In this document: piece after piece, positions 21,957-33,983 of the stretch
Layout: each line of letters opens with the position of its first letter
Position numbering within the stretch: the stretch's first letter is position 1
DNA from: Oikopleura dioica
Taxonomy: Eukaryota > Animalia > Chordata
NCBI GenBank assembly: GCA_907165135.1
Contig: OU015566.1
Span: 2,666,001-2,730,000 of the forward strand
DNA: 64,000 nucleotides
Direction: 5' to 3'
Program-made: the position numbers and the translations under genes
Notes under the pieces: model-generated
Databases searched by the model: none
Told to the model about the DNA's origin: nothing
The model's input: the letters and a program-made list of their open reading frames with translations, nothing else

Positions 21957-23966
21957 GGTTGTCGATGTGGTTGTTGTTGTGGTAGTACTTGTCGTTGTTA
22001 TTGATGTCTTTTAGACGTTAAAAAACATTAAAAATGTGAAAACTTGATATATTTTATATATCAGCAGATAAAAAATGTTTTTTTTTGGTTTGTTAAAAAA
22101 TGAAAGTAAAAATGGAAAAATAAATTCTTGTAAAAAAAATTAAAGAACTCAACGTCGTGGTTGGGGGCTCGGTAGTCGTTGTTGTTGTAGTTGTGGTTGT
22201 AGTGGTTGTTGTAGTGGTTGTTGTAGTGGTTGTTGTCGTGGTTGTTGTTGTGGTGGTGGTGGTGGTACTTTCCTCCGTCTTCGACGGTTCACATTAAAAA
22301 ACAAAAAAATATATAGAAAAATAACTGTTAATAAAGTATCACGACGCTGAGATAAATATATAGAATGTTGGAAAATTGAAAAAACTGATAAAGAATTATA
22401 TAATCTTGAAAATCGAATATTTGTGAACTTAACGTTGTGATTTCAGCAGTGGAAGTCTGGAGCTCAGTTGTAGTGATGGGCTCCGTTGTTGGCTGATATT
22501 TGTTCACATAAAGAATAGAAAAATTCAATGACAGCAAAATAAGAAATAATAAAACTCGGAAAATCGTAAAAAAATCAAAATAAATGAAAAACAAATAATT
22601 AAACAATTTGCGAACTAAACTCAGGAGTTGTCGTTGTGGTCGTCGTCGTTGTTGTTGTTGTGGTTGTTGTTGTGGTGGATGTTGTCTTACCTTGGTTCCA
22701 AAAAATTTTTAAATAAAATAAAATATTTGAAATATTCTTTTGAAAAGAAATAAAGATTCAAAGAATTCTAAGAAAAATCAAATTTAAATACAAACAGAAA
22801 AATAAACAAGAAAAAAATTGAATCGAACAAGCAAAAAGCTTCGAAAAAAGCAAAATTAAGGAACTCAACGAAGTGGTTGTTGAAGTAGTTGTGGTTGTTG
22901 TTGTTGTTGTTGTGGTGGTGGTTGTGGTCTTCAGTGGTTCAGAATAAATAATATTAAAAATCATCTTTCAAAAAATAAATCAAGCTTTTGAGAAAAATTT
23001 AAATATTAAATTACAAATCGATAATAAAGAAAAATATGTATTTTTAGTAGAATGTCAATAATAAAGACAAATATTGAAGAGTTTAAATATACCAAAATTG
23101 TTTATAAATTATTCGGAAAATAGAAAAATCAGTGTAAGAATCAGTAAAATAAATAAATAAACAATGACTTTGTTTCGTTAAATAGATATATTACTTGAGT
23201 TTTGATTGTGAGATGATATTTAAAAAAAAATTTTGAACTCTTAACGTTGTGGTTGTAGTTGTTGTTGTCGTAGTCGTTGTTGTGGTTGTAGTGGTTGTCG
23301 TTGTGGTGGTTGTTGTCTTCGAAATGGTTCATTTTGTTCATAATAAAAATATTCCATTAAAAATTAGAATACGAAACAAATATCTTCAGGACAAGAAAAA
23401 TACATAGAGTTTAAGTAAATCAAAATGCATTCTTTGTCCGTTTGCAACATATTATTAAACTATAATGAAACTCAAAAATTGCAGATTTAAAGAAATAATT
23501 GAAGATATCAAAAAAAATTAACATCAAAAAATTATTTCAGGAAAGACAACTGTTAAATAACGCTAATCAATATTTCTACGTAACAAATTAACGAAAATTT
23601 GAACTCATAACTGTTCAGCGGTGGTCTCAACAGCGGCGAAATCGAAGTCACCAAAGTCAAAGTCAGCAGCCTCGCTCTTTGACTCGGTGGCATCAACACC
23701 GGCGGAGTCGTAGTTGTAGTAGTTGTCGAATTGTGAAAGGTCCATTCCTTCGAATGTGTTAAGTCCAGAGCTGCCAGCTGATCCGGAAACGTCATCGCTC
23801 GCACCGGCGGCAAGTTCGACATTGGAACTGTCCTGAAATCAAGAATAATTTCAAAAGTAATGAGTGAATATCTACCTGGAACTCAGCAGAATCGGCAACA
23901 GCAGCTTCAGTTGTTGTTGTCGTGGTTGTAGTAGTGGTCGTTGTAGTGGTAGTGGTCGTGGTAGTG

Positions 23967-24018
<52 letters not shown>

Positions 24019-25123
24019 TAGTAGTAGAAGTGGTAGTAGTAGTAGTAGTAGTTGTAGTAGTAGTAGTAGTAGTTGTTGTTGTCGTTGTTGTCGTGGTCGT
24101 TGTGGTGGTGGTTGTGGTAGTTGTCGTTGTTGTTGTGGTCGTGGTCGTGGTAGTTGTTGTTGTTGTCGTGGTTGTCGTGGTAGTGGTAGTAGTAGTTGTA
24201 GTGGTGATGGCAGTGCATTTAAATCCATTTCCTTCAAATCCATCATTGCACTGGCAAAGGTAGCCGAGATCATCTGGTCCTCGCTTTCGACCGCGCTCAA
24301 ATCCGCCGACAGTGCTTACACATGTTGCGTCGGCATCACACTTGTGGTCACCCACGGCGCAGTGGTCGATTCGCTGGCAGGTAAATCCGTCACCTTCGTA
24401 TTCATTGTTGCAGGAGCAGGTGTATCCGCCATCAGTGTTACTGCAGCTAGCGTTCTCGTCACATCGATCTTCGCCTCGCTTGCATTCATTCACGTCATTG
24501 CAGCGGACTCCATTTCCGTCGTATCCAGCATTGCAGCTGCATTCAAAGCCGCCTGGCGTGTTATTGCACGAGGCATTGGCGTTACAGTTGTTTTCACCGT
24601 TCGAACACTCGTCGATGTCGTTGCAAGAAGCACCGTCGCCAAAGAAGCCCTTGTTGCAGGAGCAGTTGTAGCTGCCTCGGGTATTGCTGCAGCTAGCGTT
24701 AGCATCGCAAGGAGAGTTGGCGCACTCGTTGACGTCGTCACAGAACTTGCCATCGCCGGAGAAGCCAGCGTTGCAAGAGCAGCTGTAGCCGTCTTCGAGA
24801 TCAGTGCAGGAAGCGTTGGGGGAGCAGTCGTCCATGCTCAAAGCGCACTCGTCAACTGGACCCTGAGTTGTTGTTGGAGCAGCAGTGGTTGTTGTTGGCT
24901 CAGGAGTTGTCGTAGCGGCTTGGGTCTTGGGCTGTCTCTTCTTCTTCTTTTTCTTTGAGCCGGAATTATTCGCGGCAGAAAGAGCGATCAGCTGAGCAAG
25001 AACATCTGCGCTTGGAGCAGCGAACATGGACGCGTAATCCATATCATCGCTGCCGCCGAACTGGGCCGTTGCCAGGCCGCAGAGAACGGCAACGCCAAAA
25101 ACGAGCCGTTTTTGCAATTTCAT
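20016..25123 (-). CDS. Large secreted EGF-mucin: signal peptide, 5 EGF-like (mostly Ca-binding) repeats, poly-Thr tracts over many mini-exons, Tyr/Gly-rich region, C-terminal Ly6/three-finger-like Cys domain (candidate house/oikosin-type protein)
   Basis: Exon 23876-25123 (ORF track), then 23611-23832, 23245-23316, 22869-22928, 22620-22685, 22433-22492, 22153-22278, 21729-22007, 21548-21559, 21145-21505, 20802-21071, 20464-20759, 20206-20420, 20016-20124; ends RCTQCCSNADNCN...PGRK*. Joining the Thr mini-exons needs non-canonical introns (see findings). Confidence 0.7.
20125..20205 (-). other. Predicted GA-AG intron with stem TTCAGA/TCTGAA
   Basis: Phase-2 removal joins KETS-R to CTQCCSNADNCN; purine-rich acceptor CCAATTAAAAAG. 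Confidence 0.6.
21790..21975 (-). repeat. (ACA)n-type coding microsatellite, poly-Thr
   Basis: Long (GTT)n run on the + strand inside exon 21729-22007. Confidence 0.9.
23905..24210 (-). repeat. ACN-codon poly-Thr tract (~100 residues)
   Basis: Mixed GTA/GTT/GTC/GTG triplets on +; variation falls at the third position of ACN codons on the minus strand. Confidence 0.9.
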
Positions 25124-26626
25124 CGAGTCGAGTATCGATCAGTCCGTCCCTTATCGACACGTGACTTATACCCGTTGATACCTTCATATTGGATTAAGAA
25201 CGTGGTTAGGCAAAATCAGTTAATAAGGAAAATGACATCAAATTTTGGTAGAAATGACCGAGAATCGAAGTGAGCTTACTTTGATTTTTCATTTTACTTA
25301 AAAAATTCAAACTATAAAATTAAAATCAAAAATTCTCTATTCTAGACTTTGCGATCAGATAAATATGGATAAGGGTTTCACTAGGTAAAGATTTAAAAAT
25401 CTGATGAAAATAGCGAGTATTGAAGCCTACTTCTTTGATCAACATTTCTCTACGGAAAATCTCTTAACAGTTCTCATGAATGAAAGTTAAAAAAAACAAA
25501 GATTCGTTAATCCGTCCCGAGAGGTGAATGATGAATATTGAATGATGCTGGAAACAAACGTCCGTGAAATCACCGGTGCTCCGTTTTGGAAGAGGCGCCG
25601 CCATAACTCTGAAGATTCGGGTTCATATGACACAAATATGTGGCGGATATTGATGGAGATCATCTTTTTCAATGAATAATAATCATTCTCTGGCTCATTT
25701 TTGAAAATAGTCCCTTATATTATTCTTTACGAATGTCTTAGAAGGGAAAAATAACTACAAGGCGGTCTTCCCACAGCGTCCAAGGCAATTCTCATCATTA
25801 AGCGTTTCTCTGCGCTCTGATTGGTCAATCCTGAAAATCGGCCTAGTCATGATTGAAAGACCCCTTTGTAGAATCTGACTTGCCTGCATTGGTTTCTCTA
25901 TTTTCCGAGGATGACCATTTTTTTATCAATTTTATCAAATTTTTGATAAATCGAAAATTTTTTGGACTAATTAAACTCATTTGTATTCAGATAAAAATGG
26001 ATCAATTTTTCAGCGAGATCTCAAGAACAATTTATGTAAACGACATTTTCTTGCTTTTATTACGATTTTCATATGTTTTTAGAATTTTGATATCGATATT
26101 ATGATAAAAGATAACTCACGGAGACTTCGAGAATCAGAATTTGTGGAACTACGGAATCTTCCGTCGAAAAAGTCGTGTCCAGGATTGTCGACCGCGGAAG
26201 CCAAACTTTTCGAAAATTTTTCGCGTCCTGGCAGAAAACAAAACGGCGCTCTGGCCAAATTGTTTAAGCCGCGTCAGATAAACAGTGGCACGCATGCATA
26301 GACATAGCTTTTATTCGCCGGATATAAATATAACTTTCTAAATATTGACGGTGCTAAATTGTGAACTTATCATCTGAGAATTGATCTTTTTGTATTTTCG
26401 AATCGATGTGAAATTAATTTAAATGTCAATAATTTACGTCAATAGTTAAGTGAACTTAATTCAATGTTTTATTTATTTGCTACACATATTGGCAGTTGTC
26501 GCGTACAGAATTGGTTGCCACCAGTATTTTCCCATATTATTTGTGGAGTGAATGAGTTCTATCGTTTTAACCTCGTCATTATCTTTATAAAGATATAATT
26601 TAGTTTAAATTCTTAATCTAGTCGAG

Positions 26627-29011
26627 TTATATCGTATCTTTTCCTAGTATTATTCGCTCGGCCATAGAATTACCGTCCCATTTAAAGGGATGAGAAGCCG
26701 TTCCCGGAATGACGAAGATTTCCTCGTTAATATAGATTGATGAATGGTCATACATATTCTGAACACAAAATGAAAATAACAAAGAAAATCAAGTGAGAAC
26801 CTGGTTAAGTTTTCCAAGTCTACTCCATGACAAATCCTTCAATCTCCAGATACCTCTCTCCCTCCATCCTCCAATAGTAAGAAGTGCTCCCATGGGAAGA
26901 GCAAGCCCGGATGCCGAATTCAAATCTCTTAAAATCAACAAATCATTAGGCTTACCGGACTAAATTTCAGCCATTTTTCTAGCTTAGTTTAGAAGAAATA
27001 TGGCTTATTGTTGGAAAGCCCAAGACCTGGGCTTTCATTTGGTACCCATATCGAGGGGGTTAGGTCATGCCCGCAAGGCAATTTTTGAGGCCGGAAGTAC
27101 AAAAATAGGCACTAGAACTCTTGCATCAAATTTTTCGATGCATTAAGGCGATCAAGAGCATTTGACAGTCGAGTAATAAGAAAGCTCATACTCTGAGCTT
27201 TCTAAAGAGCCCAAAAAATCTAGCTGCCAGTCGGTCTGTGGCCTCCAGCGAGCGCTAGACGTCCAATTTTGGTGCCAAAATTTCGCTAAAATTAGAGACT
27301 ATTCCACAAAAAAAGTGCCAAAAATGGGGGATAATAGACATTATAATTGATTATTGATTGTCACAAACCCCCCTTGGCAGCCAGATTTCTTGGGCTCTAT
27401 AGAAAGCTCAGAGTTTGAGCTTTCTAACAAACCTAGGTCTTGGGCTTTCTTGGCCTAGGTCTTGGGCTTTCCAAAAATAGGCCATATAACTGCTAAACTA
27501 AGCTAGAAAAAATGGCTGAAATTTAGTCCGGTAAGCCTACAAATCATCTTTCATAGACCAGAGAACAAGCTTTTTTTATTCCTTGAAAAGCTCTTCCAAT
27601 TTTACCTCCCTGGATGATCAGGAAGAGGAACCCAATCTTCATCTGTCTTTAGATATTCTGATGCACCGTCGACATCTTGACCTGCAATGAGAGCAGGACG
27701 GTACTCGTACAATGCAAGAACTCCCTTTTCGTGGTGATAAAGTGCCTTCGGAAGCCTTCTTGATTTGACTCCGTCAAATTCTTCGCAGAAAAATCTTACA
27801 TGGGCCGAAGGCAAGCAAATAACAGCTTTTTATAAGAATTATGAGTAATGATGATTTACCTTCACCGCCACCATAAGTTGACGTCGCAAGATATCCACTA
27901 GTCCAACCATTTCCATTAATTAATCTGTACTGTAATTTTTCGAAGCGACAATTGTTGAAAATAGAGATCTGAATTTTTTTATGCAACAATTAAATGACAA
28001 CGAGTGCATTACTCTTATACGGAAACTTTCACTTGTAAATATATAAAGCTTGTTCTTAATGACAGCTTGAACTGCTTCGCGAGTGTCATGTGGGGTTTTC
28101 ATGTTCAAATTCGCGTTTATTGATCCGTCAGACAACAACCCGTAGGGCCGATTTTCTTGAATTTCCTTTTTGGTTGTACTATCTGTAAGAACGAATCTGG
28201 GTATGACCATAATTTGATAGAATATCGAAGAAAAGAAGTTTTTTATTTCGAAGATTTGATCAAACTTGTAGATTCGTATTCTTTTTCCGCTTTTGTTTTC
28301 ATCAAATTGTATATTTAATGAGAAAATTTCCACGCCATTCTTTTTGGGCAAGATAAATAAGAAATATTCAAATATGGCACTCATTAAAAATCATCAAAGC
28401 TTGATTTGATCGGAGATGCCGCCTCTTCTTGGAATTTCTATACTCTTTCTTAAGATTATCTCTAACGATCCTTTATGATTGTCATTTTTTTGTCATCTGA
28501 ATGATTATTTTTCAGGCGAATATTGATAGATGTCCACTTTTATCAGAGCTTTAAATTTCGTAAAATAGAAATAAATAGATAAAAGAATTGATAGAATTTC
28601 TTCTTCACCAGTAAGTCATAAAATTTTTGAGTCAATAGAATTATTTTGGTGGATTTTAATTATCAACTCTGATTCCGATTGAAGAGAAAAATTATTGATC
28701 AAAACGACATTTTTCTTGAGAAAATCGGATTCGAATACAACCGTGTCATTCGAAATAATCCTTAGACGAAAGAACACCTGCTCATTGGTAAATTCACAAG
28801 TTAGAATTTCATGAAAATTCGTCATATTGTCAACTCGTCTGATTTGAAATTGAAAAATCTCATATTCATCGAACCTCATTTCAATCGTTGAAATATGATT
28901 GAACTCCTGAAGAGAGACAAAAGCATTGTCTGGAATGATTGTTTTTGCATATGAGGGCGAATTTGCGTTAGCAGACTTGCTAAACATGCGCTGCGAAACC
29001 ATATTCTTCAA
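26627..29011 (-). pseudogene. Kelch/beta-propeller-like orphan gene, one exon interrupted by a hAT MITE (probable null allele)
   Basis: Exons read AVIKNKLYIF, ISIFNNCRFEKL, CEEFDGVKS...HHEKGVLALYEYRPALIAG...EDWVPLPDHP, LLTIGG...IWRLKDLSWSRLGKL, SSIYINEEIFVIPG. The frame MKDDL|LILRDL is restored when the MITE plus one TSD copy is removed. Family assignment is recalled, not searched. Confidence 0.6.
26947..27539. mobile_element. hAT-type MITE (593 bp)
   Basis: TIRs of about 85 bp starting TAGGCTTACCGGACTAAATTTCAGCC; exact 8-bp TSD CAAATCAT (26939-26946 and 27540-27547). Confidence 0.92.
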
Positions 29012-29079
29012 GAGGGTTCAAAATTTTTTGTTTTCAGGGGCCCTGAATCAGGGCGTTCTCAATTAGGTTATAAGCGGAT

Positions 29080-29599
29080 GCGTGTCATTAACCATCGTTT
29101 GGGGGTTTGAGTCACTTGCAACGGCTGGGTCAATTGCTACGGTGCGTCAATAGCTACGGTTAAAAAATGATTCCTAGGGACCATAGCAATTGATACGGAG
29201 TTTAGGGTTGGCCTCAACCAACGTTCGGTTTGTTAGTCATTTAGAAAATTAGAACAATTTGAAGCTATCTAGGTCGGTCATAACGAGAGTGTGGTATTTT
29301 TTTTTGCTTGCAAAAATGATAAAAATATGAAAAAAAAACCATTTTTGGATCTATACACATTAGTCCAACTTTGTGACTTATTTCTTGTTTTTTAAGCGAT
29401 AAGTGACCACACTCTATTTTCGACCGACCTAGATAGCTTCAGATTCTTGTAATTTTCTTAATTATCGGCAAGCCCTTGGTTGATGCCCACCCTAAACTTT
29501 GTGTCAATTGGTATCGTCCCTATGATTCATTTTTAACCCTAGCTATTAACCCACCGTAGCTACTGACGCAAACCCTCCAAACCGTAACTAATGACGCGC
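29080..29599. mobile_element. Foldback element/MITE with ~210-bp imperfect inverted arms
   Basis: About 29080-29298 is the degenerate reverse complement of about 29405-29599 (e.g. GAAGCTATCTAGGTCGGTC / GACCGACCTAGATAGCTTC); TSD not resolved. Confidence 0.75.
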
Positions 29600-29881
29600 A
29601 CCAGTAATAAGCTAGTTTACTTGAATAGGGAGTGAATTAAGCCCATACAATATGGGCCTAATGATGTGGGCTATTTGCCTATTTCAAACCCTCTTCTTAG
29701 CAAAAGCTGGAAAGATATCGTCGTGAAAAGCGAAAAAGGGATTGCTTGTTATATACATCTTGTTTGTTGAATTTTGTTGCACGAAGTCAAGTTCGAATAT
29801 ATCTTTGTAAAATTGAACAAACAATCAAGGAGTAATTTAAAAACGGTAAAAAATTCGTTTGATCCCTTCCAAAATTGTATT

Positions 29882-31925
29882 TTATCTCAAAAGTCGTATC
29901 GAAGACATAATTTTGAAGAAAGAGTCTGTCTTGATTGATGATTCCGTTGACAAAATACTCGCATTCGTCATTGTTGCTTCCAAGCTGATCGGTGAATTTT
30001 TATCATTTGGTGCAAAGATCGCCGAGTAGCATATCGATCTCTGTTCATATCTGACGACCGATCCTATCCACTCACTGCCAAGAGTCAAAAATCTTCCATC
30101 ACTCTCTACTAAGACGGAGTACTGAGTATTTGAGAGAACGATGCTTCTTGTAACTAAGATGAGGAGAAGTCGACCAAGATCAATCTTTCGTATGGTTAAA
30201 AAGATCACCATTATCAGAAGTGAATTAGAAGTTTTAACCCATGACATTGGAACAATATGTACTGGATCCATATCTCGAAATTCAATAGGCAATACGATCT
30301 CGCCCTTCTTCCACCCTTTTTCAAGTTCTTCCGTTTTACGAATTCGATTGAGCGCCATAGTTGTTGACAATTTTATCCACCGTTCGCCTAACCTCACACT
30401 CATGAGGTGAAAAATTCCGTTGAAGCTTACAGAAGACAGCTTTGCGTTTAAATGGTTACTGGCAATGAAGCCCTGTGCTTCCTCAAACCGATCAAGGTTG
30501 TAGTCAGGAGCATAAAAATAACATCGATCTGCTCTTTCCGTTGGCGCACAAATAACGACAACAGGAAAAACCTGCTTATCCTTCTCTTTATGTCGAATTT
30601 CGATTTGAAATGTACCAATTGATGATCCAAAGTGGAAAACAAAAAGCCAGTTCTTTGAAAAGAATGATAGATTCTGAATTTCTTTATAGAGACTTACTGT
30701 CTAAAATATCGATTCGGAACAGAAATCATTAATGATTGACTTTCGGTTAGTCTCAATAAATTTCCTTGCGCGTCAACCAAATAATGCTCTCCCTCGAGAA
30801 AAGTTGCACCAATTGACTTTCAAGGTTTTTTTGTCTCATTGATACAGTATCAACGGTAGGGATTAAATGTGTTAAAAAACCTTCATGAAGGATGAAAGAA
30901 CCGTTGATCAGGTTTTCGCTATTTTGATTCATCCCCGTTGTTAAATCTGCAAATTGAACAGAAAACTCCTTGATTGTACGTTCACGGTCTTGAATTCGAC
31001 CGGTGATTAATTTTAAATTTAATTCGTTCTCCTTCTCATAAGTTTCTTTTTAAATTTAATGAATTTGTTTAAAGAGAAAATAAATAACTACATGTATTTT
31101 TTCAAAAATTATTTTTAAACTTCCCTGTTAAATTTTCTTTTGATTTCTGTAGGTCAAAAACAGGAATCATCTGTTGATCGAACTGAGTTATCTCGCATTT
31201 GTAATGGAGACAAGGACAGCCAGTTTTACAATATTTCTCAAACGGACATATTTCTCCAGCAGCATCAGATACTCTTGCGAGCTCAAAGCAAATGTTTTCA
31301 CATCGAGATGGTAGATTCTTCTTTCTTGATTCCAAAATACGAGTTTTTGAACAAAGATGACGGCAAATTTTCGCGTCGTAAAACTGTTGCTTCTTGCAGC
31401 GGAGTAAGTTAATCCTGTTGTCTTCTTCAGTAAACTGAGCGGGCTCAAGTTTTTCATCAGGGATTTTAACGGCTGGTTCGGGGAGGACGAACTTTCTGGT
31501 TTCACGACATTGCTTCATCAAATGTCCACAGATGTCCATCGATTCAGTCCGGACGCATTTCTTGTAATTACGGTGGCAGGTCGAAGTAAGAAAAGTTTGA
31601 ACGCCACGTGATCTCTCCAAAGACTGGTAATTTGCTAGGGAAACATAAATTTCAATACCCATTCGATTCTCTTACTGATAAGCATGATCGTGATCCAGAA
31701 AAGAGAGCCAAGAGTCAAATAAGTGTATTGCTGCTTGTTAGTTGCGAATCCATGCTTAGCAAGACTAACGCTTTCGTTAATTTTTTTCACAAAAGTTTTC
31801 TTTTCCAAATCATGCTTTTGAGTATGAATACTTCTAGTCGACAGGACTTCTTCTGGGAACAAGTAATATTTATTTTTGCTCTTTCTTATAACTCCAATAC
31901 ATTGACAGTCCAAGCACTTAATCAC
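29882..31925 (-). CDS. Orphan secreted-type protein with CPFEKYCKTGCPCLHYKC motif and probable degenerate propeller repeats; exon structure incomplete
   Basis: Cys-rich ORF 31102-31662, coding-like ORF 29882-30403 and an intervening exon reading ICAPTERADRCYFY. Confidence 0.45.
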
Positions 31926-32617
31926 TTGGTTAAAAAAACTTAGTCAATCATTTATTTTTCAATCCTTGCTATAAGTTATAAACTGTACTTGAACTCTTTT
32001 TTGGTAAATCGGAACCGATTGTTTCTCGTTTGAAATCACCATTTAAAAAGTAGCATAAATTTCGATTCTGAAAGAGTTTGTGAAGGGAAAATTTCAAAGT
32101 CGCTCTTGACTTCGACATTTTGACACTTTGCTATTTCACTTTCTGCTTGTAGTGCGCTTTTGAATATCATTTGTTAGTAACGATTGGGTTTTGACTTTTA
32201 CGAATCGCAGGGAATTATCTCTTGAATTTTTTTGGCTTTATTTGGAAATAAAAAGAAAATTCTTCTATAAAAACTCTTGAAAAGCTACAATAAAATAACC
32301 ATTAATAAAAACTCATCCTTACTAGTTTGAAAACAAACAAGACATAAATCAAGTCTCATAAATTCCGACATGCTATTCCGTAATTATACTTGCGCTCAGA
32401 AGAAAATTGGCAATTTTCCTTTACAACGCCACTATTTAAAGCATCGAAATTATTGTTTATTTCGCCGCCGGTCCTGAATTGCCAAGTTCCGCCATTGCTC
32501 AGGCGCCTTGAAAAAATAAACATGATGAAAAATATCTTTCTAACTTTTTTGCTTCAATTTTTGTTCTAATTATCGTTTATATTTTTGAATTTAAAGAGCT
32601 TGAATTCGAGTTTTCAG

Positions 32618-33942
32618 TTGACAAAATAGCGCAGATAGAGAGAGTAAACGAAGAAATAAACGAAATTTCGACGTCAGCGAAAAAGTGCACGCCTTTGAAA
32701 AGTTATGTTTTCCTGAAAAAACACAAATGCGCTTCGAGTTCATTCCAGGGAGGATTTTAGAGCTGATCGAAAGCAAAGATTTTTAGCGGAAAAAATCCCC
32801 GAAAAGACGATTTTCAAACGATACGGCGATGAAAATGGAATCGGCGCCGCAATCCCCTACTACGGCTCTTACGGCGGCGGATATCCAGCCCGTTTTCAAC
32901 CTCAATTTTTCAAACCTCCGATTATTTTCACCAACCAATCTATCCGATGCCACCATCGATTCAATCCTGATATCGAGCCTGGGCTTTTTCCCGGGGCGAA
33001 ATTCTTCACTTCTATAAGAGAGCCATTCGAAGCCTTCAAGAGCAATTTTAACTACCACTACGGAAGATTTTTCAAGTAAAATTGCTTCCGTTATTTGTAA
33101 AGAAATTTTTCAGCGAGAAAAATTTGGAGCGACGGGAGCGCTGGTGCACTGTTGGCTGCTGGGGCGAGCCGTTTCGCTCGATCGTCGGTAAATTGAACGT
33201 TTCAGCGGCTGAATACCTCGATGTCGTTGAGAAGAAAGGACTGCCAGCTGACGAGAAGACTCCTTGGTTATTTCGAGCGAAGAATTTTCAAGGCTTCGAG
33301 CTCGGAATGGATCACAACAACTTCGACATCAAATACATTTATGATGAGATTCTGAGACTCGATGACATTTTCGACCTCGTCATGGTTCAAGAGTATTTCT
33401 TCGAATCCCTTGTTCTTCTTGCTGAAGAACTTTGCACAAGTTTCAAAACACTGTATGCTTCGACAGATAGGATGGTCTCAATGCCAAGATTGAAGGAAAA
33501 GAACTCGAATGCGAAATTCACGGACCAACAAATGAAAACCTTTCGAAAAGACAATATCCAAGATTATGCTATTTATGAATTTTTCAATAAAACTCTTTGG
33601 GAGAAGATCGACAGATATGGACATGAAAGAATGAAAAAAGATGTCGAGAAACTGAAAATGATCTACAAAGGTAACCGCTTATTTCATTTTTATGAATTTT
33701 TCATCGTTCAAGAATGCGATGAGGATGAATCATTGTGTGGAATAGAAAAAAGACGCGAGCCAAGTGGAAAAGCCGAATTCGACCCTGGAACAAAGAAAGA
33801 ACTGCTTCAGCTAATGGCGGAGAATGGTGGAGCTTGCGCGACGGGGGTCTTCCCTAAATTACGAGCGGGGAACCAACAGGCTGCGACTATGTGGACAGAG
33901 AGCTCACATGATTCCCGAGAAGCACGAAAGAAAATTGTATAG
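32618..33942 (+). CDS. Galactose-3-O-sulfotransferase-like protein (start further upstream, unresolved)
   Basis: CTPLKSYVFLKKHKCASSSFQ|TIFKRYG (PAPS loop, cf. FLKTHKTASST), FFTSIREPF, NFQGFELG, LDDIFDLVMVQEYFFESLVLLAEELC. Confidence 0.85.
32749..32806 (+). other. GG-AG intron with terminal stem GGATTTT/AAAATCC
   Basis: Gives SSSFQTIFKRYG, matching the Gal3ST STxQNILxRFG pattern; uses purine-rich CCGAAAAG and skips a conventional ATTTTTAG at 32786. Confidence 0.75.
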
Positions 33943-33983
33943 TTCTGTATCTACTGATATTTATTCAATAAAAGTCATCAAGT

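Noticed and set aside
21784-22014. Poly-Val ORF on + (also 23922-24263 and 23864-24958)
   Set aside because: Antisense shadow of poly-Thr and EGF codons on the minus strand.
23141-24300. His/Asn/Tyr- and Gln/Leu-rich ORFs (23141-23341, 23907-24218, 23872-24300)
   Set aside because: Alternative frames of ACN repeats; third-position variation supports the Thr frame. Kept only as the alternative outcome in the TT-intron finding.
25400-26320. Coding-like minus-strand fragments
   Set aside because: Could not be joined into a consistent gene model.
26947-27539. MITE acting as a precisely spliced intron (introner)
   Set aside because: The nearest GT and AG at its ends give a frameshift and a stop.
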